Below, in pieces: positions 37,814-47,376 of a DNA stretch of 64,000 nt. Each line of letters starts with the position of its first letter. The first letter of the stretch is position 1. The translations under genes were made by a program, and so were the position numbers. Below the pieces are notes generated by a model. That model was not told the origin of the DNA. It did no database searches and saw nothing but the letters and a program-made list of their open reading frames with translations. The stretch lies in the IMG/VR virus record IMGVR_UViG_3300044673_000327, positions 21,289-85,288 of that record, one strand, 5' to 3'. The DNA is from a virus.

Positions 37814-38881
37814 TTACCAATAACTGAAGTTCGGGGTAGACCCGAAGGCGATCGCCGCTTGCAGTTGACGGTTACGCTCGTTACTCCGACTATCTCTCGC
37901 CATCGCTTCCCGTTGTAATCCGAGGTTGGCGTAGAACCGGTTCTGTTCCGCCGATAGATTATTCCGAGAGATCTCCGCTTGCAGTTCCTGCCCGCGTCGG
38001 GTAGTATCGTTACTCATCCGATTGGCTTCCCGTTGCGCCTCGATGTTATTGTTCTGTAATCCCGCCTCGATACGGATACGGGCGGCGTTCTGGGCGAGGG
38101 TCAGTTGATTGTTCGCCTGACTCGCCGCTAGTTGGTTAGCCGCGGCGGTAGAGGCGGCGTTGATCTGTTGACCCTGTAGAAAAGATTGATAGTTGAAACC
38201 CTCGCGTTGGAACTGGCGATCGTCCTGAGACGCGATCCGATTGACCTCGTTCTCCCGTCCCCAAGCCTGACCCGCGTTGAATCTCCCCTCTTGGAGTAAT
38301 CGGTTATCTCTCCGTGTCTCGTACTCCTCGATCGCCCGTTGCGCCGCCTCGATAGCGGTCTGCTGTTGATCCATCACTCCCGCTACCTCGTTACCCACTC
38401 CCGCCCCGGTCAGGGATCGGAAACCTCCCTGAAGATCCTTGAGGGAGGTGGTCGTGAACATCGAGGGAGTCTTCGGGGTGTTATCGATAGTGATACTCGG
38501 GGCTACGGTAGAGGTGGTGGACGTTCCCCCCGTTCGGGCGATGTTACCCACGGGATTGGACGAGAGGGATACCCCGCTCCCCCCGTAGATGGTGTTCCGT
38601 TTCTCGTTATCGTTCTTGACGGAGTTCATGAAACTGACTCCTCCCTTGCCCGAGGGATCGACGGTCGGGACTTGGAGATCGAACCCCCCGCTTCCCCCGC
38701 TACCGACGTTACCGAAACTGCCCGCGTTACCGAGAAGGGTAGAGCGGGACGGATTGAAGTTACCGACCGAGGAAATGGAATTCGATCGCGAACTACCGGT
38801 CTTGTTCCCGAACTCCCCGATATTATCCCGTACCCTCTTACCGAGGTCGGAAGCCTTGCCGATCTGATTGACCTTCGCCAT
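37814..38881 (-). CDS. putative DNA ejection/internal virion protein
   Basis: Q/N/A-rich coiled coil. Confidence 0.55.
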   Translation of the reverse strand: MAKVNQIGKASDLGKRVRDNIGEFGNKTGSSRSNSISSVGNFNPSRSTLLGNAGSFGNVGSGGSGGFDLQVPTVDPSGKGGVSFMNSVKNDNEKRNTIYGGSGVSLSSNPVGNIARTGGTSTTSTVAPSITIDNTPKTPSMFTTTSLKDLQGGFRSLTGAGVGNEVAGVMDQQQTAIEAAQRAIEEYETRRDNRLLQEGRFNAGQAWGRENEVNRIASQDDRQFQREGFNYQSFLQGQQINAASTAAANQLAASQANNQLTLAQNAARIRIEAGLQNNNIEAQREANRMSNDTTRRGQELQAEISRNNLSAEQNRFYANLGLQREAMARDSRSNERNRQLQAAIAFGSTPNFSYW

Positions 38882-38895
38882 AATTCTTTACTCCT

Positions 38896-39762
38896 CTATC
38901 GTCTCCGAATCCAGTTGTAGTTAGGTTGTCCCTGCCCGAGGATGTTTTGTACCGCCTCGTTACTACGGGCGGAAGCGGTACTGAAAGCGTTCATCTGCTC
39001 GCGTAGGTTAGCGGCGGAGTAGTTGAGTAACCCCGCTTCCCGGTTCTGTTGGGCGATGATATTCGCCTTCATCACCGTATCTCGATCCTCGACTTGGTTC
39101 CGACGAACGTAGTCTTGGAACTGGAGATCGGAAGAGAAGGTCGCCGCTCTTTTATCCCGCTCTAGATTCTTGTCGCGATTGGACTGATCGAGATTGTTAC
39201 GGAAGCTTAGATGGCTTTCCCCGAGAGCCTTGAGTTGTTCGGGAGAACGGTATCGTCTTTCGTTTCTCTCCGCTTCCTTATCGGTGAGTTCTTTAAAGAA
39301 ATTGAACTCGTTTTGCCGATCGGTTCGGGTCTGATTGTACTGAGTCTCTTGCTGTTTGATATAGCGATCGTAGAACGATTGTGCCTCTTGCTGTTTCTGT
39401 TTCTCTCCCCGCTCGATCTCTTTACCCGTTATCGCCACACCAATAACATCGGGGTGCAGTGGCTGACTCGAATCAGAAGGGAGTCCCGCCGCCCGGTAAG
39501 CCGCGGGGGATGTGGGATTGAATAATTTGTTCGCCTCGGGGTTATTGGCTCGAACCTTTTGTTTCTCCTGTTCGTTGAGGCGATCGTACTCGACACGGGC
39601 GCGGTTAGGATTCTTGCGAACCCAATCGGGGTTGTTGATACCCCCTCCCGTAGGATCGAGCATCGTCCCGAGTTGGGAGTAGGTATCCCCCCGAAATAGT
39701 TCGTTTAACGACTCGGGGCTGAAGGAATTAAAGTAATTTCCGAAAGCTTCAAAAAGTGACAT
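38896..39762 (-). CDS. putative internal virion protein
   Basis: Q/R-rich coiled coil. Confidence 0.5.
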   Translation of the reverse strand: MSLFEAFGNYFNSFSPESLNELFRGDTYSQLGTMLDPTGGGINNPDWVRKNPNRARVEYDRLNEQEKQKVRANNPEANKLFNPTSPAAYRAAGLPSDSSQPLHPDVIGVAITGKEIERGEKQKQQEAQSFYDRYIKQQETQYNQTRTDRQNEFNFFKELTDKEAERNERRYRSPEQLKALGESHLSFRNNLDQSNRDKNLERDKRAATFSSDLQFQDYVRRNQVEDRDTVMKANIIAQQNREAGLLNYSAANLREQMNAFSTASARSNEAVQNILGQGQPNYNWIRRR

Positions 39763-39780
39763 GGCTTTTTATCTCTCCCC

Positions 39781-40929
39781 CTATAGTCTTTGATTGAGGA
39801 TATTGGCTACCGTATCGTTCGTGACTTGCATCGCGGCGAGTTGATTACTCACCCGATTCGCCATCATCCCTACCTGAGCGTTGCGTAACCCCGCGAGGGA
39901 TTGGTACTCCAGTTGGTTCTTCGCCGCCCATTGTGCCTGTTCCCTACCCATCACCATCTGTTGTTGAGGGGTGGGCATATAGGGCAACATCCGATTCCAT
40001 TCACGATCGGCTTCTTCCCGTAGACGTTGCCGCTCGATAGCGAGACGGGCGTTGTCGCTCTCACCGGGGAGAATATCTTGAACCAACTCTTTACCGTCCG
40101 CACCGAGCATTTGATAAACTCCCGTCCCGACCGCGGCGGTTCCCCCGACGATCGCCCCACCGACTAGAGCGGCTTTACCGAACTTACCACCTCCACTCTT
40201 GAGGTTGTTGCCAACTTCTCCCGCTTTCCCCCATACCTTAGCGGCGGTTTCCTTGGTTCGATCGATTTGATTTCCAACACGCGCACGAAATCCCGAAGCT
40301 TTCTTTTCTGGTTCCGTTCCATTGGCGACGGGTTCGAGGATGGTGGAATCTTCCGAACCGATACCCGTTCTCGGAGGAGGTTCGAGTATTGCTACCGAAT
40401 TGCCCGCTACCGTTCCCGCCGATCGCATCGGATCGGTGAAGTCATTATCGATCGGGATCATTCTCCCGTTTCGATCGCGGACAAAGTTTCCCTGAGAGGT
40501 TTGGATAATCGAGTAATCTCCGTCCTCGACAACTCGACCGGATAGATCGTTGGTGGCGGGCGGATTGGTTCTACCCACCGTGTTTCCCGTGGTCGCCCAC
40601 GGATCTACCATAGCGCTATAGCCCGCGCTATCTAATGGATTATCGAAAGAGATCTCGGGAAGTTTATTAATGGAAGCAATAGGTTTTGAATTGGTATTTC
40701 TCGTCCAATCATTACCCCACGTTATCGAGGAATCTGTCCACTCACCGACATCGGGAGTGCCGAGTACCGCATTAGAGGTTAATCGATTGAAACCACCTCC
40801 GTAAAAATCCTTGTAACGATTAACGATATTCCCCGCGGAGTCGATGACGTAATCGATACCTCGTTTGGCGGAATCGCTAGGTTCGGTTTTTCCGAATCTA
40901 CTCGCTATGTATAATTCGTAATCGTTCAT
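39781..40929 (-). CDS. putative internal virion protein with Gly-rich TM segment
   Basis: AALVGGAIVGGTAAVGTG followed by coiled coil. Confidence 0.5.
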   Translation of the reverse strand: MNDYELYIASRFGKTEPSDSAKRGIDYVIDSAGNIVNRYKDFYGGGFNRLTSNAVLGTPDVGEWTDSSITWGNDWTRNTNSKPIASINKLPEISFDNPLDSAGYSAMVDPWATTGNTVGRTNPPATNDLSGRVVEDGDYSIIQTSQGNFVRDRNGRMIPIDNDFTDPMRSAGTVAGNSVAILEPPPRTGIGSEDSTILEPVANGTEPEKKASGFRARVGNQIDRTKETAAKVWGKAGEVGNNLKSGGGKFGKAALVGGAIVGGTAAVGTGVYQMLGADGKELVQDILPGESDNARLAIERQRLREEADREWNRMLPYMPTPQQQMVMGREQAQWAAKNQLEYQSLAGLRNAQVGMMANRVSNQLAAMQVTNDTVANILNQRL

Positions 40930-41957
40930 AATAATTGCGGGGGGGATAGATACTCGTTTCCTTGAGAGCGGATCTGTTTTACCTTCTCTCGGGTACGCTC
41001 TCTAATATTCCTTAGTTGTTCGGCGTAGTCGGAAGATGCTACCCCTCCACCCGAAGGAAAAGAATTAACTCTTTCCTCTCCTCTCCTTCCTCCGAATTGA
41101 TTCTGTAAATCCTCAACGGAATACCCCTGACGTTCCAACTCTTTTACTTGATCGGGTGATACTCCGATCCCGTTCTCCTGTAACTTGCGGGCTTTCTCGA
41201 AAGCGTCTTCCGTTACCGATTCATAAGCTTTGGTCGTCGCGAGATCTCCTAATCCCGCGCCTACCATACTCCCGATGATGCCGACGATAGGGGCGGCCGG
41301 TCCGAGCGGTGCGCCCAACGCCATGCCCGCGGTGAACCCGAGTTGCGCTCCGGCGATCGAACCGGCAGTACCCGCTCCGGCGCGAACCACGTTCTGCCCC
41401 GAACCTACCCGAGAGGTGAAATCGAGAACATCCCCGATCGCTCCCGCCGATTGGAGTACCTTACCCGGTACGTTAGCCGCTACCTGTAGGGCTTTACCCG
41501 CTCTCTCCCCCCCGAGGTTCTTGGTTCCCCAATCTCGTACTCCCTCGAACGCGTCGTAGTTGGTAGGGTTCCATGTATTGAGAGCCATATCCCACTGCTC
41601 GATGTACTGGTTGAGAGAGTTCTTGAGGATAGCCGAGGGGGTTCCTTTGAAACCTAAACCCTGACGGTTAGAATGGGCTTTATCTATTTCATCCTTGAAG
41701 ACATCCCATTTAGTCCGTCCGTCTTGCACTCCCGCCATCGCCTGTAAACCGCGGGCGAAACCACCACCACCGTACTCGGTGAGTTGTTGGTACTTCTGAT
41801 TGCCCGCTTCCCCGAGATCCCAACCGAGATAATCGGGAGTACTGATGTCGAGATAGTCGGTATTGTCGGTGAGGGTTGTCGGCAACTTCCACCATCCCCA
41901 AGCTCGGGAGCGATCCGGGGACGCGGTAGACGCGGGAGAGTAGGGAGTAGCGGTCAT
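40926..41957 (-). CDS. glycine-zipper membrane/ejection protein
   Basis: AGAGTAGSIAGAQLGFTAGMALG...IGSMVGAGLG. Confidence 0.55.
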   Translation of the reverse strand: MTATPYSPASTASPDRSRAWGWWKLPTTLTDNTDYLDISTPDYLGWDLGEAGNQKYQQLTEYGGGGFARGLQAMAGVQDGRTKWDVFKDEIDKAHSNRQGLGFKGTPSAILKNSLNQYIEQWDMALNTWNPTNYDAFEGVRDWGTKNLGGERAGKALQVAANVPGKVLQSAGAIGDVLDFTSRVGSGQNVVRAGAGTAGSIAGAQLGFTAGMALGAPLGPAAPIVGIIGSMVGAGLGDLATTKAYESVTEDAFEKARKLQENGIGVSPDQVKELERQGYSVEDLQNQFGGRRGEERVNSFPSGGGVASSDYAEQLRNIRERTREKVKQIRSQGNEYLSPPQLL

Positions 41958-42523
41958 CGGTAATCCTCCATCGCGTTCTGTTGGTACTCGATCAACCTCG
42001 CCCTCTGCATAGCGGAGTTACGACGTTTCTGTAACTCGTTCTGAATACGGTAGTATTCTTCGGGGGTCATAGTCCGATCCCCCCCGTTATTAAACATTCT
42101 TTTTTGAAGAGCGTTCGTATCGATAGGTCGATTATCTTCGGGGGGTTTAGGCTCGCTCATCTTTTTCTCGACTAACGCTTTGGCTTCATCGGCGGGAATC
42201 CCGCTACTGACCAATTCGTTATAAAGAGATTCGGCGTAATCGTTCGGGAGATCCGATCTTAAATTCCAAGCGTTTCCCGTCACCGTATCGATCGCCCCAC
42301 CGAGGGGATTTCCTAGAGCGGTATTGGCGACGATGCCTAATCCCGTCGAGACGGGGATAGAGACGAGGGGATTATCGATCATCGCGTTAGCGGTAGCGAT
42401 CATCGGTTTGGAAACGATACCTACCCCTACAGCATCGGCTACACTACCGATCATTCCCGGAACCAGGGAGGCTACCCGAGAGGGCATGGTACTTACAAAA
42501 TAAGCTCCGTCTAATTTACTCAT
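41954..42523 (-). CDS. putative internal virion protein
   Basis: 189 aa; paralog of 42523..43083. Confidence 0.5.
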   Translation of the reverse strand: MSKLDGAYFVSTMPSRVASLVPGMIGSVADAVGVGIVSKPMIATANAMIDNPLVSIPVSTGLGIVANTALGNPLGGAIDTVTGNAWNLRSDLPNDYAESLYNELVSSGIPADEAKALVEKKMSEPKPPEDNRPIDTNALQKRMFNNGGDRTMTPEEYYRIQNELQKRRNSAMQRARLIEYQQNAMEDYR

Positions 42524-43083
42524 TACCGTACCGCTCCTTCATTCTGCATGGATTGTAATTGTCGGAGGGTGATCATCTTACTGGCGATGTCCCTCTGTAA
42601 TCTATCGATCTCCCGACTAGCATCCTCCGCGCTGAGGGGGGGAACGGTTCCCGCGACGGGTACGGGAGTGTCCATCCCCCGACGATCTTCATCGGGTCTA
42701 AGGTTCAGGGTATTGAACGTGGCGAGATCGATAATCCCCTCGACGGGTTTATTCAACATCTGATCGACGACGTAAGCCCCTCCCGCGATAGCGGCGCTAC
42801 GTCCGGGGTAACGGGCGATGTAAGCGGTAGGGCGATCTCCGAATCGAGGTTCACTATTCGCGTTAAGAGAGATCGGTGTATTCTTAACCCCGAAGGTCGG
42901 GTTAACCCCACCGATGACCGTTCGATAGGTATCTTCGGTTGAAGGATCTACATAGGATCGTCCGAATTCATCGACGATACCGACCTTCGATCCTTTGGTA
43001 TTCCAGTTCTCTAGGTTATTGCCGACGATGGCGGAAGTGCGATTCCACTGATCGGCGATGGCGTTCTTTAAGTTATTCAGCAT
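42523..43083 (-). CDS. putative internal virion protein
   Basis: 186 aa; shared PxxGxIDxxTxNxxNLR motif. Confidence 0.5.
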   Translation of the reverse strand: MLNNLKNAIADQWNRTSAIVGNNLENWNTKGSKVGIVDEFGRSYVDPSTEDTYRTVIGGVNPTFGVKNTPISLNANSEPRFGDRPTAYIARYPGRSAAIAGGAYVVDQMLNKPVEGIIDLATFNTLNLRPDEDRRGMDTPVPVAGTVPPLSAEDASREIDRLQRDIASKMITLRQLQSMQNEGAVR

Positions 43084-43127
43084 GGCGGTAGGGGAGAGGA
43101 GAGGAGAGGAAAGGAAAGAGATTTAAA

Positions 43128-43367
43128 TTAATCCAATCGAATGTAAAACCATTCGATAATAGATAAGGAGCAAGAGACAACACCTATTAGAGTGCTTAAA
43201 ATATTGCCACTGAAAGCGGCACTAGCGATTAACGCGATGGCGGAAGCCCCACCAAGAATAATACTCTTACTCGATCGACGGGGATACCTAAACGACGACA
43301 CCACGAGAGCGATAGATAACACGGAAAAAAGACTACCGATAAACCCGAAACAATCTATCAATGACAT
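43128..43367 (-). CDS. small three-TM membrane protein
   Basis: 79 aa, almost entirely hydrophobic. Confidence 0.6.
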   Translation of the reverse strand: MSLIDCFGFIGSLFSVLSIALVVSSFRYPRRSSKSIILGGASAIALIASAAFSGNILSTLIGVVSCSLSIIEWFYIRLD

Positions 43368-43368
43368 T

Positions 43369-43674
43369 ATTTAATCCTCCCGAGATGTTGATGTGGATAA
43401 TGGTTTATTAAGCGAGTAGAATCGATTCTTCAATTGCTTCACTCTTTCTTGATAAGAGAGATGAGTTTTAGATCCTGCGGTGATAACATCTTCCGAAGTT
43501 TCCATCCACGGCTCTACCCACTTACCTCGATCGCTATCCGGGTAAACGAGTACGGCATCCTCCCAATCATCATCGAAGGGCAGGGCATCGGGATCGGATA
43601 AAGCGTTCCGTTCGATTTCCTCTTCGGTCATACGTTCATTGTTGTCCATCATTTAATCCTCCCGAGATGTTGAT
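43369..43674. repeat. exact 24-bp direct repeat ATTTAATCCTCCCGAGATGTTGAT (43369-43392 and 43651-43674)
   Basis: read directly; flanks ORF 43371..43652. Confidence 0.9.
43371..43652 (-). CDS. hypothetical protein with BrnA-antitoxin-like N-terminal motif
   Basis: MTEEEIERNALSDPDALP. Confidence 0.5.
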   Translation of the reverse strand: MMDNNERMTEEEIERNALSDPDALPFDDDWEDAVLVYPDSDRGKWVEPWMETSEDVITAGSKTHLSYQERVKQLKNRFYSLNKPLSTSTSRED

Positions 43675-44890
43675 TGAGTAAACGGAAAGCGGTAGCGGTT
43701 CCCCCGAGAGCGACGAGTCCGGTCGGGGTGACGTTGTACCCCACGAACTGCACCTCGGGTTGATTCTGGATACCGTCGGGGTTGAACTTGAGAACCCCGA
43801 GCGTAGCCTGACCGATCGGGTCGGGGGTCTTGCCCGATTGCCAATTGCGATAGGCTCGGTATTTCTCGTAGCTGACATCGGGACGCTCTTGGCTGAACTC
43901 GTCCCAATCGAGAATCCTTCCCCTTCTCCCGAGAAAGTATCTCTGGGCGATGTCGATCGGCGCGTTGAGGGATTTCGTCGGGTCGTCCTCGTCGGGGGTG
44001 ATCGCTTGAAATCCCGCGGGACGATTCCCCTCCATCGGATTGAGAAGGTTCTGGTTCCCCGAGAACTGTCCCATGAGTTCTGTCGCGAGGAAAGCCCCAC
44101 CCGTGGCTACCGCTCCCGCCGCTAGACTATCGCGGGGTAATCCGCCGGGGGGACTGGCGATAAACTCGTACCCTTTGGTGAACCCGAGATCGGCGGGATG
44201 CCATCTCCAATAGTTATGACGCATACCGCTACCCGCGATGTCCGCGCCCACCCGTCCTAATCGATAGCCCACCATCCCCGCGTCGGTTAGATCGGCGACG
44301 GATAGGGGATCGGTCGGTTTGTAGGCGGGTAGCGACCAACGGGGGTAAACTCTCTCCTCGCTATCGATACCCGGCTTCTGTTGTCCCTGAAGGTAGCCCC
44401 GCTTGAGTCCCCCGAAGAAACCGACGTTCGGTTCGGGGAGAGCGTCCATAAAACCGGGGATGATATCGGGGGTCTGTTCGGGTAACTTCGGGGGATCGTA
44501 ATCCTCCCCGATATAGCCCTGTAGGATCTCTAGAGGATCGCCCCCTTTCCCCTTGTACTTAGGATCGGCGCGATGGGCGGGAAGTTCTTTAGATAGATCC
44601 CGATCGACATCGTTACTCGGATTACTCGCTTCCCCGATCGCCATCCGTTGACTCGTTGTATCCCGAACGATACGGGCGTTACGTCTCGCCTCCTGTAAAG
44701 AAACGGGGATCTCGTAACCCCCGACACCCTCTAAAAACTCGGCTATCTGGAGGGGGGTTAGAGTATCGGGATTAACCCCGCTCGCCCCGAATCCCCGTTC
44801 CAAACTACGGGTAAGCCAATCGAGATCCGTGATAAGCGGATCGTGATCTCTTCGGTAAGCTTCGGCGATTCGGAAGAATCGGGAGTTCAT
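43649..44890 (-). CDS. putative internal virion protein
   Basis: 413 aa; hydrophobic Gly/Ala segments; class 3 motif at 44931-44940. Confidence 0.55.
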   Translation of the reverse strand: MNSRFFRIAEAYRRDHDPLITDLDWLTRSLERGFGASGVNPDTLTPLQIAEFLEGVGGYEIPVSLQEARRNARIVRDTTSQRMAIGEASNPSNDVDRDLSKELPAHRADPKYKGKGGDPLEILQGYIGEDYDPPKLPEQTPDIIPGFMDALPEPNVGFFGGLKRGYLQGQQKPGIDSEERVYPRWSLPAYKPTDPLSVADLTDAGMVGYRLGRVGADIAGSGMRHNYWRWHPADLGFTKGYEFIASPPGGLPRDSLAAGAVATGGAFLATELMGQFSGNQNLLNPMEGNRPAGFQAITPDEDDPTKSLNAPIDIAQRYFLGRRGRILDWDEFSQERPDVSYEKYRAYRNWQSGKTPDPIGQATLGVLKFNPDGIQNQPEVQFVGYNVTPTGLVALGGTATAFRLLNQHLGRIK

Positions 44891-44963
44891 AGGAGGAAGG
44901 AGAGGAGAGGAAAGATATTTCTAGGGTTAGAGTATTCCTATTTCTTTTCCCTTTCCGTTCCGA

Positions 44964-45722
44964 TCACCCCGCGACTTTCTCCAATCGCTCGATCACTCTC
45001 TCCACCCTCGGATCGATCTGTGACGGGGGAGTGAAAAAGCGATCGCCCGTGAAGGTGTTGTAGTCTTTCGAGAGTTTATCCGTCCACGTTCTCTCTTTTC
45101 TGTCGTCGTCGGAACTATCCATCTCGTGAATAACCCTACGGCACGAGGAATAAAGAACCGCGTCCTCCACCCAACGATCGAAAGTGAGGGCTTTATCTTT
45201 CGGGTTGGATAGACGGGCTTTCGCTTCCTCGAATAATTTCTCTAGGGCGGGAAGACTGTTATCGAAATCCACCCGATCGATCGATACGTTCAATCCCTTC
45301 AACCTCGCCATCATCTTCCAATAACGCACCACCCTCTCGGATTTGACCTGAGAGAATCGGATCGGGTGATGTTTATCGCGGACGTACTGGAGGATAGCCC
45401 CTCGAATACAGGGATAGGCGAAGGTAGAGAAACGATTACCCGTACTCGGATCGTATCTCTCGATCGCTTTGGTTAATCCCATCACTCCCTCGTGGATAGC
45501 GTCGGTCTCGTTTCCTTTGAGACAGTTGAACGCCTCTCCTTTAAAGGAATGGAATACCTTGAGAACGAGGTTGTAGTTATTCATCAGGATCGTCTCTCTC
45601 ATGTCGAGGGGACGATCTCGATCGATATATTCTTTCCAATATTCTAGATCCGTTCCCGATTTAGAGATCTGGATTAGATCTATTTCTCTTAAGCCACTAT
45701 GTAAACCCTTCGGTGATGGCAT
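44964..45722 (-). CDS. phage sigma-70-family factor (SigF/SigB-like region 2; region 4 not recognisable)
   Basis: NLVLKV, EGVMGLTKAIERYDPSTGNRFSTFAYPCIRGAILQYVRDK. Confidence 0.9.
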   Translation of the reverse strand: MPSPKGLHSGLREIDLIQISKSGTDLEYWKEYIDRDRPLDMRETILMNNYNLVLKVFHSFKGEAFNCLKGNETDAIHEGVMGLTKAIERYDPSTGNRFSTFAYPCIRGAILQYVRDKHHPIRFSQVKSERVVRYWKMMARLKGLNVSIDRVDFDNSLPALEKLFEEAKARLSNPKDKALTFDRWVEDAVLYSSCRRVIHEMDSSDDDRKERTWTDKLSKDYNTFTGDRFFTPPSQIDPRVERVIERLEKVAG

Positions 45723-45777
45723 GGTATATCCTGTTAAAATAGAGTAGATGGATAATAGATCTTCTAATGAATCGAGA

Positions 45778-45966
45778 TCACGAACAGACGGAAACGATCC
45801 AGTTCTTTTCCTTTCTTCTCAAGGTAGAAAACAATCCCCGACATACACGGGTGTACTCTTTATCGGGAAGGTATTGAGCTAGTGCCGTATTAACCTCTCG
45901 GAATCCATCCGCGTCCCGAGCGTTTAATCTATCGTACAAATGGGCGATAAGAGAGAAGGTTTCCAT
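45778..45966 (-). CDS. hypothetical protein
   Basis: ATG at 45966 (METFSLIAHLY...). Confidence 0.5.
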   Translation of the reverse strand: METFSLIAHLYDRLNARDADGFREVNTALAQYLPDKEYTRVCRGLFSTLRRKEKNWIVSVCS

Positions 45967-46208
45967 TAGTATCACCGAGAGCTTCACTAACAGTATGCCC
46001 GATTCTTCAAGAATTATCTTCAGGGTTATTAATAAATTATGTAGAAGAAATATTCGGGATTTCAATCAATAGCTTCGGTGTTTTCCCTCATGCTAGTTCG
46101 TTATCCCTATGCTAGACCCCGATCGCTCTCGGTATTTATCCGAATATTTCTTCTCTTAACTAAAACCCTTTCCTCTCTTTCCTTCCTTCCTATGTACGGA
46201 GACTCGGG

Positions 46209-46235
46209 GATAGCTACGCTACGGGGGGGGTGAGT
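46209..46235 (+). promoter_or_regulatory. class 2 motif
   Basis: GATAGCTACGCT-ACGGGGGGGG-TGAGT. Confidence 0.75.
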
Positions 46236-46255
46236 CTTATTCGTGGGGGTCAACT

Positions 46256-46723
46256 ATGGTAGAAGGAAAAAGCAAAGTCGGTAAGATCGTTATCGGCAAT
46301 ATCCGGAACCTCTCCCCGCTCGTGGGGGTAGAAGACGTGTATATGGAGCGGGAGAACAAAGGGATTCTCGCCAATCCGTTCGTGTTGATCGGTGATAACC
46401 CGAGCGATCGGGATACGGTGATCGACGCGTTCCGGTTGTACTTTAACGGGGTGTTATCGATAACACCCGAGGATCGGGGATGGGATCTTCAGATCGATTT
46501 CATGAAACTCGCTAAAGACATGACTGAAAGACTCAATCCCGAGAGAGCTTTTCGATTAGCCCGAATGGGTATCACGACCCCGAAGTTAATTCACGAGGCG
46601 TTAGATATCCTAGAGGTTAAACTAAAAGCGGGGCAGGATCTGCGGTTCGTGTGCTGGTGCGATCCATTGCCGTGCCATACCCATATCGTTCGGGATTATT
46701 TACTTAAAAGGTTGGAGAAATGA
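46256..46723 (+). CDS. DUF4326-domain protein
   Basis: VYMER..LANPF..RDTVIDAF..CWCDPLPCH. Confidence 0.8.
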   Translation: MVEGKSKVGKIVIGNIRNLSPLVGVEDVYMERENKGILANPFVLIGDNPSDRDTVIDAFRLYFNGVLSITPEDRGWDLQIDFMKLAKDMTERLNPERAFRLARMGITTPKLIHEALDILEVKLKAGQDLRFVCWCDPLPCHTHIVRDYLLKRLEK

Positions 46724-46998
46724 GAGAAGAATCCAAGTCATTAGGGAACAGTACCACGAAACTATTTATCGATCGATGGATAGTCGAGTGTATTCAAGAC
46801 ACGGGGGTTATTTTATTCGAGCTTGAACCCGATAACTGGAAATGGAAGTATACCGCTTGCGGTACTACCTTTCAGTGTCATGGCGACTTCGATACCGCGC
46901 TCGATGCTCTACACGATTTTCTATCTCTTCTGGTTTGCAACACTCGGGATGTAGAAATGTTTAATATCCTTTGTTCTCAAGAGGAGAGCGGAAAATAA
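46720..46998 (+). CDS. hypothetical protein
   Basis: 92 aa, translationally coupled. Confidence 0.65.
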   Translation: MREESKSLGNSTTKLFIDRWIVECIQDTGVILFELEPDNWKWKYTACGTTFQCHGDFDTALDALHDFLSLLVCNTRDVEMFNILCSQEESGK

Positions 46999-47048
46999 AA
47001 CTGAATCGATAACGACCGCGCTAGAAGCTTTCGAGGAGTTTTGATCCT

Positions 47049-47375
47049 ATGACACAATTTCGCTTAATCGGTAACGCTACATGGATATACGAGTTATGTT
47101 ACTCGGTAAAAAAGGTAGCAGAGGATGAACACGGACGCGTCAACGATATATTGGAGGACAATCTTACTTTCACTAATACGGTTGTCGGGGACTGGAGTTC
47201 TTCCAAGTTCGAGGCTCTTAATAGTTACAATATCGGATTCTCTAAATCGGGTGATAAATGTTTGGCACTCGCTAAAAAGCGACGGGATTTTATAGAAACC
47301 GAATTCGGAAGTATTCTTGTTTTCCGAATTACCGGTATTACTGTACATTACACGGAGATAGAGGAAAGAGAATAA
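47049..47375 (+). CDS. hypothetical protein
   Basis: 108 aa, GAGGAG SD. Confidence 0.65.
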   Translation: MTQFRLIGNATWIYELCYSVKKVAEDEHGRVNDILEDNLTFTNTVVGDWSSSKFEALNSYNIGFSKSGDKCLALAKKRRDFIETEFGSILVFRITGITVHYTEIEERE

Positions 47376-47376
47376 A

